This document shows positions 29,593-38,162 of a DNA stretch of 64,000 bases, one piece after another. The notes below the pieces were generated by a model. It was not told the origin of the DNA and made no database searches. It saw nothing but the letters and a program-made list of their open reading frames with translations. Within the stretch, counting starts at the first letter, position 1. Each line of letters opens with the position of its first letter. The stretch covers positions 448,001 to 512,000 of the forward strand of contig CBDBMJ010000001.1 of assembly GCA_965207455.1 (NCBI GenBank). Reading direction: 5' to 3'. A program made the position numbers and the translations under genes. Source of the DNA: Bdellovibrionota bacterium. GTDB taxonomy: Bacteria; Bdellovibrionota; UBA1018; CAIPTA01; JAALKR01.

Positions 29593-30560
29593 TTCATCTC
29601 TATGTTTGAAAAACAAAGGTATCGAGTTCCAAACAATCCTCTAATAGCCTCCATGACATGTTTTTGATCGGGTCGGTAGAGGAGGTGAACGTTGGGTCCA
29701 GCGTCCATAGTTATTAGTGGTCCATCATTTTCCTTTATCCAATAGGAATATACTTCTTTTAGTACTATTTTAGAGTCTGGGGTAATATAGGAAAAAGATG
29801 GATTGCTGGATCGAAAGAGAGCATGCATATCCCAAAATTCCTCCCAGCAAATTTCAAAAGCTCTTTGCCAGTTATACGATTGGAAATTATTTATCAATTC
29901 TTCCTTACGATTTTGTGCACGCTCGGCACGACCAGCAAACAAAGCACTGCTGCTTACCCGTTGGTGAGCCACTCCTGAAGAAACTTTCTTTTCTTTTTCG
30001 TCGGTAATTACCACTTGGTGGTATAAATTCTTATAGGGCAAATCCAGGGCACTGGCTCCCGTAGAGGACCACACAGACCAGGGTCGGAAAAAAGATCGAC
30101 AGGAGGATCCAGAACCCCTTTGACTAAGAAGGCTCAACTGCTTTCTTGAATAGGGTTTAGCTTTCTCTCCCACACAACCACGAATGGCTTTTTCTGCTGC
30201 ATACGTGAGGGCAGCAAAACTAGAAGCTGAACTGGCAAGACCACAACCAAAAGGGAAATTGTTTTTAGAGCGAACAATAAAGTTTCCTTGAAATCCTAAT
30301 TCACCCTTCAAAAAATGTAAGTGCTTTAAAAATCTGTCTTGCGACTTTTGGGGAAGAAGGAATTTGCTTTCAGAGTCTAGGGGTTTCCATATATCATGGG
30401 GTCCGTTGTATAGCTCCAACTCCACATGGCTTTTTAAATTGTCCAAAGTATAGGAAAGGGAATCATTGATGGGTTGATTTTGAGTATGGTCGGTTTTTCC
30501 CATATACTTAATTAAAGCAATATTGGAGGGCGCCCATGCTGTCCAAGTCGATGGCTTCAT
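29589..30560 (-). CDS. mvaD: Diphosphomevalonate decarboxylase
   Basis: Motifs SNIALIKY.GK, GLASSASSFAAL, GSGSSCRS and TMDAGPNVH. Confidence 0.92.
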   Translation of the reverse strand: MKPSTWTAWAPSNIALIKYMGKTDHTQNQPINDSLSYTLDNLKSHVELELYNGPHDIWKPLDSESKFLLPQKSQDRFLKHLHFLKGELGFQGNFIVRSKNNFPFGCGLASSASSFAALTYAAEKAIRGCVGEKAKPYSRKQLSLLSQRGSGSSCRSFFRPWSVWSSTGASALDLPYKNLYHQVVITDEKEKKVSSGVAHQRVSSSALFAGRAERAQNRKEELINNFQSYNWQRAFEICWEEFWDMHALFRSSNPSFSYITPDSKIVLKEVYSYWIKENDGPLITMDAGPNVHLLYRPDQKHVMEAIRGLFGTRYLCFSNIEMK

Positions 30561-31477
30561 GCACTCCCCAACAATCCAGGCACAAGTTCCAGGGAAGTGG
30601 CAAAAGGAGAAAGACCTAAATTTTCTGCCCTTCTGTGAATTTCTTTTTCTTCATTTGTTGTATATAGAACACACACCACGTCCATTCCTAGAGCTCCACA
30701 GCCTTTTATCAAACGAACACAGGGCCATGCACTTATGGTTTCTGCCAACCGACGAGTTTCCTCACAAATTAATTTTTTTTCTCCCAATTTTTCCATAAAA
30801 ATTCTCATATTTTCTAGGAAAGATTCTTCATCCTTCCTTTTCATATTGTCCCAAATACTCTCCACCAACTGATCTAAAAAGTCATCTGGTTTCAACTCCA
30901 GTGTACTTAAATGCTCATGGGTCGCAACCTTATGACCTGTATGAAAAAGGCTAAAACTAATGCCAGAGAAGGGCCATGCCATCTGCTCCAGACGAGCAGC
31001 CTCTTTGTGGTAAAAGGTGATGGGTCCGCCTAGGAGTTGAGCTATTACGTCGGCTCCACTGGGAGGAGTGCCGAGGCCGTTCCAGGCTGCTGCGAGATAT
31101 TCTTGGTGGAGGTTGGAGTAGGGGCTGTTTTCTTTGGGGCTGTTTTTTAGATTTTCTTTCAGGTTGTTTTTTTGATTTTCTTTCAGAAAATAACAAAATG
31201 CAAACTGAGCGCTCGATGCGCCCAAGCCTCCCTTGCCCCCATGGGGGTCTTTAAACCGAATCACCATGTTTTGAAAAAAATCCTTGTACTTGTCCATAAA
31301 TTTTCCCGCAGGGCTAGCAGCAGAAATACCATCTTTCCTTTTCTCTTGAACCTCTTTAGAGGAGCCTACCTCTAGGGTAAACTTAGGGGCTGTATTGATC
31401 ACAATGGCCGGACCTCCAAAGGGAGCCACATACTCACCCGCAAGAAATGTTTTACTGGGAATAGCGAAGGTTTCCAT
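30557..31477 (-). CDS. Divergent GHMP kinase, probable phosphomevalonate kinase
   Basis: Motifs PSKTFLAGEY, GLGASSA, SGADV and KGCGALG.D. Function is inferred from its position between fni and mvaD. Confidence 0.7.
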   Translation of the reverse strand: METFAIPSKTFLAGEYVAPFGGPAIVINTAPKFTLEVGSSKEVQEKRKDGISAASPAGKFMDKYKDFFQNMVIRFKDPHGGKGGLGASSAQFAFCYFLKENQKNNLKENLKNSPKENSPYSNLHQEYLAAAWNGLGTPPSGADVIAQLLGGPITFYHKEAARLEQMAWPFSGISFSLFHTGHKVATHEHLSTLELKPDDFLDQLVESIWDNMKRKDEESFLENMRIFMEKLGEKKLICEETRRLAETISAWPCVRLIKGCGALGMDVVCVLYTTNEEKEIHRRAENLGLSPFATSLELVPGLLGSA

Positions 31478-31478
31478 T

Positions 31479-32516
31479 TTATGTTTTCCTATAGGAATAT
31501 TTGCCGTCTTTTTGTAAATCATTAAGAACTTGGCTGCCTGTACAAAACATGGCCACCTTTAATTCAAACTCCAAAAGCTCCATTCGTCGGAGTAATTGTT
31601 CTTTGTCGACCAAAGCTGCCTCCATTATTGGCTTTGCAAAACCCACCATTGTTGATCCAAGGGCAAGCAATTTGGCTGCATCCAATCCCGTCCTTACACC
31701 GCCAGAAGCCCAAACTTCATAGGAGGGTTGGAGAGATAGGGCCTCCATAATAGAATCCACTGTGCTAATTCCCCAGTTCTTAAATGTTTGGGCTGCCATA
31801 TTGTATTTGCTGCCTCTAGTGGAACGTTTTCCTTCCACTCGTCCCCAATGGGTGCCACCCAAACCACTGATATCCACTGCATAGACTCCCGTATTGTTTA
31901 GACTCTTCAGAGTGGAACGGGAGAACCCACAACCCGTTTCCTTGAGAATCACCGGCACAGGTAAGTCTTTTACTAATTTTTCTAGAGCATGCAGTCCACC
32001 TCGAAAATGGGGCGTTCCCTCGGGTTGTATGCATTCCTGCATGGGGTTGGTGTGGATAATCATGGCCTTGGCTTCGAGGGACTCCACTAGTTCCACGATA
32101 CGCGAGGTGGGTAGGTGGATTACTTGGGATAGTCCTAGGTTTCCTAAAAGTTGCACGGCTGGAGCAGAACGTCGAATATGGCGCCACTCCTGTTGAGCCG
32201 TTTTATCTTCCAATTGACGACGTTGGGATCCCACTCCCATAAGCCACCCCCTCTCTTCCGAGGCTAGGGCCAGGGTCTGGTTGATGGAGAGGCTGTCTTT
32301 ATGCCCTGCGGTCATGGAGCTAATAAACAGAGGGGTAGAGAGGATCTCGCCCTGAAATGTTGTTCGTATATCCACGTCTGTAAAATTTAAGTCGGGCAGG
32401 GCGTTGTGGATCAGGGTGATACGATGGAGGTCGGAAAAGTTCTCAGTTTGAGAGCCGTCCTCCAAGGCGATCCGTATATGATCTCGCTTTCTTTTTTCAA
32501 ATTGCTCTTCTAACAT
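31479..32516 (-). CDS. fni: Type 2 isopentenyl-diphosphate delta-isomerase
   Basis: Motifs RKRDHI, SSMTAG, GVGSQR, QE.IQPEG, KETGCG, GGTHW and SGGVR. Confidence 0.95.
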   Translation of the reverse strand: MLEEQFEKRKRDHIRIALEDGSQTENFSDLHRITLIHNALPDLNFTDVDIRTTFQGEILSTPLFISSMTAGHKDSLSINQTLALASEERGWLMGVGSQRRQLEDKTAQQEWRHIRRSAPAVQLLGNLGLSQVIHLPTSRIVELVESLEAKAMIIHTNPMQECIQPEGTPHFRGGLHALEKLVKDLPVPVILKETGCGFSRSTLKSLNNTGVYAVDISGLGGTHWGRVEGKRSTRGSKYNMAAQTFKNWGISTVDSIMEALSLQPSYEVWASGGVRTGLDAAKLLALGSTMVGFAKPIMEAALVDKEQLLRRMELLEFELKVAMFCTGSQVLNDLQKDGKYSYRKT

Positions 32517-32697
32517 TAGATTCCTCTCTCTTCTTATAAACGCGGCTTACGAGGAATCAAAGGATAATCACGGGAATTTCTTTATAATGGGGAAAAACAC
32601 TCAAGAAAGAATGAAGAAGAAAATTTTTTGGAGAACCCCTATAACCTAGGGGTTCCTTTTCTCTTATACGCTTAAAGATTTAATCCTTTGAATCTTC

Positions 32698-33156
32698 TTA
32701 GCGGCTGTATATTTCTGGGAACAAACATTGCTTCAGTACTACTCCACGCATGTTTTCGCTCTCTCTCTCGTGAACTGTAAATCCATCTACAGGTCTTCCA
32801 TTCGCATCGACTACTACCACAACTAATACCATACTGACAGAACCTTCCTGATCAGACACAGCATGATAATATGCCAGCCCCTCAATCGTTTCGTAGAATT
32901 CTAGCGTAAACACTGGACCCGGTTTCAAAAGATTTGTGGTTAACGTAGTAGTTCCATCCTCACTTTTAACAACAGTCATCGTACAGTCTCCAGCATCCAT
33001 ATGTCCTTCGCCCGTATATTTTCCTAGTGCCACTCCTGGTTCCACTCCTGGTGTCACTCTGGGTACTTCCTCTTCTGTTTTTCCTAAGCTAGAAAGAGCA
33101 AGACTTGCTATCATTACCGTACTTAAAAGAACGGCTTTTATGTATTTTTTGTTCAT
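32698..33156 (-). CDS. Secreted hypothetical protein
   Basis: AAGGAG RBS and a signal peptide. Confidence 0.65.
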   Translation of the reverse strand: MNKKYIKAVLLSTVMIASLALSSLGKTEEEVPRVTPGVEPGVALGKYTGEGHMDAGDCTMTVVKSEDGTTTLTTNLLKPGPVFTLEFYETIEGLAYYHAVSDQEGSVSMVLVVVVVDANGRPVDGFTVHERESENMRGVVLKQCLFPEIYSR

Positions 33157-33273
33157 TTTATTTCTCCTTTAATATTGCTGCCCATCATTGTTGATGGATA
33201 GCAATAAAATATAGGAAGTATTGCGACAGGTCAAGCTTATTTTTCCCAAATAAAGAGAAATTCAGCGCATTGC

Positions 33274-33906
33274 TTAAAATACAAGTGAGACTGGTTTCCT
33301 GCTGCAAGGATATTTTTCAGCACATATTTCCTTAGCATTAATGCCTATGTGCCCACCAGGGTTCAGTCCCCAACATTTTGTATCACTCTCATTGACGTCA
33401 GTAGTGCTAGGATCATCTCTTACAGTTGCACACATACTGTTTCCCCACACTACCCAAGCTCTAACAACATTTTTTAAGTTCAAAACCGAAACGCCTGTGG
33501 TTGGACTATTCATTTTAGTATTATTACCCAACTGACCAAAAAAATTCTCCCCCCAACACTTCATAGTGCCGCCCTCATTGAACGTAGAAGTACTTTTATC
33601 ATCTGCTAAAAGTGCGCATGCGTGGGAAAGTCCAACAAAAACTTCGGTTGCACTTGTTATACCAGAAATCCAAGTTACTTTAGTGTCTGTAGATTGATTC
33701 CAACATCCAACTCTACCTTGTTCATTGACTTCAGGAGTATTGGCATAGTCGGCTGAAACAACACAGAGTCGATTATTATTATTATGACCTATATAGGTTG
33801 CTTTTACATCTTTGGCATATTCTGGAAGATTTCCCTCAGGTCCAACTGTTGCCAATGCCAAATTTGAATATAGAGCAAGAAAACTTATTATTACTATACT
33901 TTTCAT
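33274..33906 (-). CDS. Secreted RCC1-repeat protein
   Basis: Signal peptide plus HACALL…MKCWGENFFGQLG and TKCWGLN. Confidence 0.75.
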   Translation of the reverse strand: MKSIVIISFLALYSNLALATVGPEGNLPEYAKDVKATYIGHNNNNRLCVVSADYANTPEVNEQGRVGCWNQSTDTKVTWISGITSATEVFVGLSHACALLADDKSTSTFNEGGTMKCWGENFFGQLGNNTKMNSPTTGVSVLNLKNVVRAWVVWGNSMCATVRDDPSTTDVNESDTKCWGLNPGGHIGINAKEICAEKYPCSRKPVSLVF

Positions 33907-34059
33907 ACTGGTACCTCCTTCTTATTATCACGTTAGGCTTTATATCCTACCATAAAAAATGCAATGCGTCAAACTCTTTTATTATGAGTCAATACGTACG
34001 ACAGCGCAGGACAGGACGGAATTCAGTTTTGGAGGTCACAGCAGTATTTCAATTTTTTT

Positions 34060-34839
34060 CTACTTCTTTTGTGTTGCTTGCGCTAAACTTTGAAGTTCTT
34101 TGAGCCATTCCTCAATATCTGCAGCGACATTATGGTCGCCATCGTTCTTATCTGCAGCTTGCTCAAGCACTGCTACCTTTGTTGCCACAGATGTGTTTAA
34201 TTCCATAATAGCACTGGCATACTTATATACTTCTGAAGGATATGCATTATGAGTTTCTAATGCGCTCTGGATCAGTTTTACGGCTCTTTCAGTTAGTGTG
34301 CTTTGTTCTGAAGTTATTTTTTCTAATCTGGGAATTATAAAGGCCACATCAGTTAATGCGTCGATTGTTAGGAGTAAGGCATAAGGAGTAGATCCATAAT
34401 CAGTGCCGTCCTTGCTTAAAGTTTCCTGATGATTCTCAAGATATGCTACAGTTTCTTCCACAAAAGCTAAAACTTTTTCGAGAGGATTTAATATTTTTTG
34501 CTCCATTTCCATGGCATTTTTGGGAGACACCTTTAGCTGGGAAGTGACAGAGAGCATTTTCCTCATTCCACCGGAAAGAGTTGCTTGATAAAATCTTTCT
34601 GTATAGGAATTTAAGACGGTGTTATGATGTTTTGATTTTTCTTCATCAGACAGGTCTGACTGATCGATTATTTGGAGTAGACTGGTTCGTAGTTCTTCCA
34701 CACCTTTTCGGTTATCATTTTCCATTTGAGAAAATCTAGATAGTACTTCTTTTTCAACTTCTGGATATGTTGTGTTGGCAAAAGATTGGGTGCTGATTGT
34801 GAGTAGGAAAATAATAAATAGATTTTTGATAGTTTTCAT
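34060..34839 (-). CDS. Secreted alpha-helical hypothetical protein
   Basis: AAGGAG RBS and a signal peptide ending in SFA. Confidence 0.7.
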   Translation of the reverse strand: MKTIKNLFIIFLLTISTQSFANTTYPEVEKEVLSRFSQMENDNRKGVEELRTSLLQIIDQSDLSDEEKSKHHNTVLNSYTERFYQATLSGGMRKMLSVTSQLKVSPKNAMEMEQKILNPLEKVLAFVEETVAYLENHQETLSKDGTDYGSTPYALLLTIDALTDVAFIIPRLEKITSEQSTLTERAVKLIQSALETHNAYPSEVYKYASAIMELNTSVATKVAVLEQAADKNDGDHNVAADIEEWLKELQSLAQATQKK

Positions 34840-34937
34840 TGGGTTCTCCTTATTTAATTTGTGTTAAGCATTATTGCTTAACTCTGTAGTTCTTTTAAAA
34901 GGAAAGGCTCAGAGATGTCAATAGTTTTTGTAGGGGG

Positions 34938-34999
34938 TGTAGGAGCAAAAGGAAAGATCATGCCACGGTGTATAATATTTTTTATTATTAACAATTTAA
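34938..34999 (+). mobile_element. Second isolated left-end remnant of an IS1202-type element
   Basis: TGTAGGAGCAAAAGGAAAGATCATGCCACGGTGTATAATATTTTTTATTATTAACAATTTAA is close to 21675-21736. Confidence 0.75.
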
Positions 35000-35049
35000 T
35001 GTAACCCCAGCGGAGGAGTTAAGGCGCTTAGGGTAAGAATCACAGCTTA

Positions 35050-35252
35050 ACTGGGATTTATTCTTCGCATCAGCTCTTACCCATGAACTCAGGATCATCG
35101 CTGCTGTTTTTTCTGCTGTGTCGGAGCTTAATAGTGCCAGCGACTTTGCATACTTTTGGGTGATCTTTAATATCCGTATGACCAGGAGCTGCTTGCATCG
35201 CAGATAGGTCACGAATTGTCATAAGTGCCATCGTAGCGTATGTGCTCCGCAA
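35050..35252 (-). pseudogene. C-terminal remnant of a tyrosine recombinase/integrase (frameshifted)
   Basis: Two overlapping ORFs join as LRSTYATMAL…DLSAMQAAPGHTDIK and ITQKYA. This matches the (H)xLRHT.AT…LGH…T..Y catalytic region in degraded form. Confidence 0.7.
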
Positions 35253-35253
35253 C

Positions 35254-37035
35254 TTAATGTAGAGATTTTCTAGCAATATCTAAGGCTTTTTCCTCATTTG
35301 CGACACCGCCATATTTTACTTTAAATCGTAATGAATCAATCGGCGTTACTGAATCACGAATTATAGATATAATTTGTCTAGGTGAAAGAGAAGGATTGAT
35401 GAATTTAATCTTGGCAGCAATTCTTGTGACATAAGGAGCGGCCATTGAGGTGCCAGATTTTTTGCCTATTGCATTTTCTGGTTCAAGAGAGCTGATATTT
35501 TCTCCGGGAGCGGCTACATCTACTGCTATTTTACTATAATTTGAAGAACGAGATAGTTTATTATTCTCATCGACAGAGGCAACAACTAACATATTAGCAT
35601 GCTCATACACAGCAGGGTATTGAGGTGATTTACTCAAATTCGAGCCTGTATTTCCAGCGGCAACAACAAATAATATATCTGGATATTTTTGCATAGCTTT
35701 GCTGAAGAGCTTCCAAGCACCTTCAGATTTAGCACCACCCAGGCTCATATTTATAATTCTTGATCCTTTCTTATGGGCAAGGGCAACTGCATCGGATAAA
35801 AAATTATGCATAATTTTTGAGGTTCTTATAGGGAATATGGCAATTTCGTCACTTCCCTGAGATGCTATACCTGCAACGTGGGTTCCATGATTTGATGAAT
35901 CATCGGAGATAGTAAATTGATTATAGTCATACGGCTGCGCATCATTATCTCGGTAGTCCCAACCGATATTAAGAGTTCCGTTGGGGCGTGGAATTTTGTA
36001 AGCTAAGTATGGGTGATTATAATCCACTCCGCTGTCCAGTATAGTGACTAAAACTCTATCAACTCTATTTACTGCAATTTCAAGCAATTCAGAAATTTGT
36101 TGTGGGTGATTGCAGTGGGAATAAATCTCTTCAAAAGTTTTCACAGCTCTGTTTACATATACAGTCCTTTTCACTTCTCCATCTGCTGTAAGCCATTGCT
36201 TTTTTTTAAGATGATTCTCACTATTATATTCCCATGTTTGTCCACCAATAAAATTACAATTTGAGTCATAACCTGCTTCGATTAATCCATTATCACTCTC
36301 ATCCCGGTCTTTTTTGTTATTAACGTTGATATATGATCCCTCTTTACTCTTTTTGTAATCATAGATAGTTATTTTAATGCTTGATGGTGGCGGAGAGCCA
36401 AACAATATCTCAACCCTTCTATTGTCACTGTCATGATTAGAATCAGGATATTTAATTTTTTTGACAACTTTCCCAGATAATTGTTCCACAATTTTTTTTA
36501 TTTTTTCCTCATCGAAGATTTCGTCATGATGCTCACATAGAATTTTTTCTCCAATTTTATGAAATTTAAACCAATTACCAAACTGCTCTTTAATAGCTTT
36601 GTTAACTTTTTTACGCCTATCTTTTAAATATTTTTTGTATTCAGGTTCTTTATCAGGATTGCTTGAAATTAATTTAATAAAAGATTCTGCAGGATTATTT
36701 GCTGGAAAATAGAGATCAATTTTCTTATCTCTTCCAATCGATCCATTATGCGTGGCAACATCTCCTTTATCTGATATCCACAAAGAATCTATATCTTTGA
36801 AACTGCGAATATTTTTTGTCTTATTCAAGGCATCTTTGAATTTTTTTAAACCCTCCAGATATATTTTTTCATTAACTCCAAAAAATCTTGGATTACCAAA
36901 TCCGCTTCCTTTGTATCCATGATTTTCCTTTAATATTTTATATATTTCACTTTCTAATTCATTGACGTCTTGAGCAAAGGATGTGCTCGATAGTAAAAGA
37001 AAAATGGAAAGTATTGTTAGTAAAGCTTTCCTCAT
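35254..37035 (-). CDS. Secreted S8 peptidase with a long unrecognised N-terminal region
   Basis: Motifs ILDSGVDYNHP, HGTHVAGI, AAGN and SGTSMAAP. Confidence 0.9.
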   Translation of the reverse strand: MRKALLTILSIFLLLSSTSFAQDVNELESEIYKILKENHGYKGSGFGNPRFFGVNEKIYLEGLKKFKDALNKTKNIRSFKDIDSLWISDKGDVATHNGSIGRDKKIDLYFPANNPAESFIKLISSNPDKEPEYKKYLKDRRKKVNKAIKEQFGNWFKFHKIGEKILCEHHDEIFDEEKIKKIVEQLSGKVVKKIKYPDSNHDSDNRRVEILFGSPPPSSIKITIYDYKKSKEGSYINVNNKKDRDESDNGLIEAGYDSNCNFIGGQTWEYNSENHLKKKQWLTADGEVKRTVYVNRAVKTFEEIYSHCNHPQQISELLEIAVNRVDRVLVTILDSGVDYNHPYLAYKIPRPNGTLNIGWDYRDNDAQPYDYNQFTISDDSSNHGTHVAGIASQGSDEIAIFPIRTSKIMHNFLSDAVALAHKKGSRIINMSLGGAKSEGAWKLFSKAMQKYPDILFVVAAGNTGSNLSKSPQYPAVYEHANMLVVASVDENNKLSRSSNYSKIAVDVAAPGENISSLEPENAIGKKSGTSMAAPYVTRIAAKIKFINPSLSPRQIISIIRDSVTPIDSLRFKVKYGGVANEEKALDIARKSLH

Positions 37036-37775
37036 TTTTTATTCATATCCTCATAAAGCTTATTAAGATGAAATTTGGCAGCTCTAATCTGTTTAAGCCA
37101 TGCGCTAGGTTCAAGATGTTCCGCATTTTCAATAAAAGCGTTGAAATGTTGAATGGCCTTCTTTTTATTATTTAAAATTTCATAACATTGCCCTATCCTG
37201 AAATGGGCTAAAAGAGCATGCTTTTTAAGTTTAAGTACTTCAAAATATTTATCAATAGCTTTTTTGCAATTGTTCTCTTCTTTATAAATTTCTCCTATTG
37301 CAAATAGAGCGGAAATATTCTTATTATTTATATTAATTGCTTTTTTGAAATATTTTTTTGCTTCTTTTAGATTTCCTTGATCAAGGGATAGCGCTCCAAG
37401 ATTATAATAGATAATATCATCTTTTTTTTCAAATTTAAGAGAATTTATATACATTTCTTTTGCTTTTTTAAATTTCTTTAAACGGTGATATGAGTACCCA
37501 AGACCTTTGATTGCAGTTACTGATTGAGATGATAGCTTCAAAGCTTTTTTATAATATTTAATAGCATCGTGATGTCGATTTTTTTGTGAAAATATTTGTC
37601 CAAGTTCTAAGTAAGAATTTAAATCATTAGGATCTTTTTTGATTTTGTTAAGGCGGTCATCAATTAAAATATCTTTATAGGAATTATTTTCTCTCCATAT
37701 TGGTTTGTCTTTTATTTTTATTTCAGCAAATGCTAAATTATGCAAGATACCTATTATCAAAAATGCCGCCTTCAT
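37032..37775 (-). CDS. Secreted tetratricopeptide-repeat protein
   Basis: About five TPR motifs (LG..Y…A..YY.KAL). ATGA-coupled to the S8 gene. Confidence 0.85.
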   Translation of the reverse strand: MKAAFLIIGILHNLAFAEIKIKDKPIWRENNSYKDILIDDRLNKIKKDPNDLNSYLELGQIFSQKNRHHDAIKYYKKALKLSSQSVTAIKGLGYSYHRLKKFKKAKEMYINSLKFEKKDDIIYYNLGALSLDQGNLKEAKKYFKKAININNKNISALFAIGEIYKEENNCKKAIDKYFEVLKLKKHALLAHFRIGQCYEILNNKKKAIQHFNAFIENAEHLEPSAWLKQIRAAKFHLNKLYEDMNKK

Positions 37776-38081
37776 AATACCTCTAGGCTCATTTTATCAT
37801 AATTATTTTGGACCCTGTTACATAAATATGTTCGTTCGCACGATAGTATACCAAGGAATTCGCACTTTAATGAACCGGGTCAAAACCCCAATTTGAATGT
37901 GATTAAATACCTGTTGTTCTTATTATGGAAATAAAAGGCATTGCTACCTGCCCCAGCAGACATATTAAGGCATCTAAGGTAAGAATCACAATTTAAGAAG
38001 GGGAGTAACGAGTTGAAATACGCACTATTTTTCAGAGAATAGCGGAGTCACAGAAATGACACTATGAGTTATCTCCAGTCT

Positions 38082-38097
38082 TGGCACTCCTTTTGCA
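38082..38097 (+). promoter_or_regulatory. Putative sigma-54 promoter
   Basis: TGGCAC-TCCTT-TTGCA has exact GG-N10-GC spacing, about 65 bp before the lipoprotein start. Confidence 0.6.
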
Positions 38098-38162
38098 TTA
38101 TGGTGCTTAGCCTGTGATGGGCTTTAAAAAAATAAATGAAAATAAATGAAAGGAAATATATA

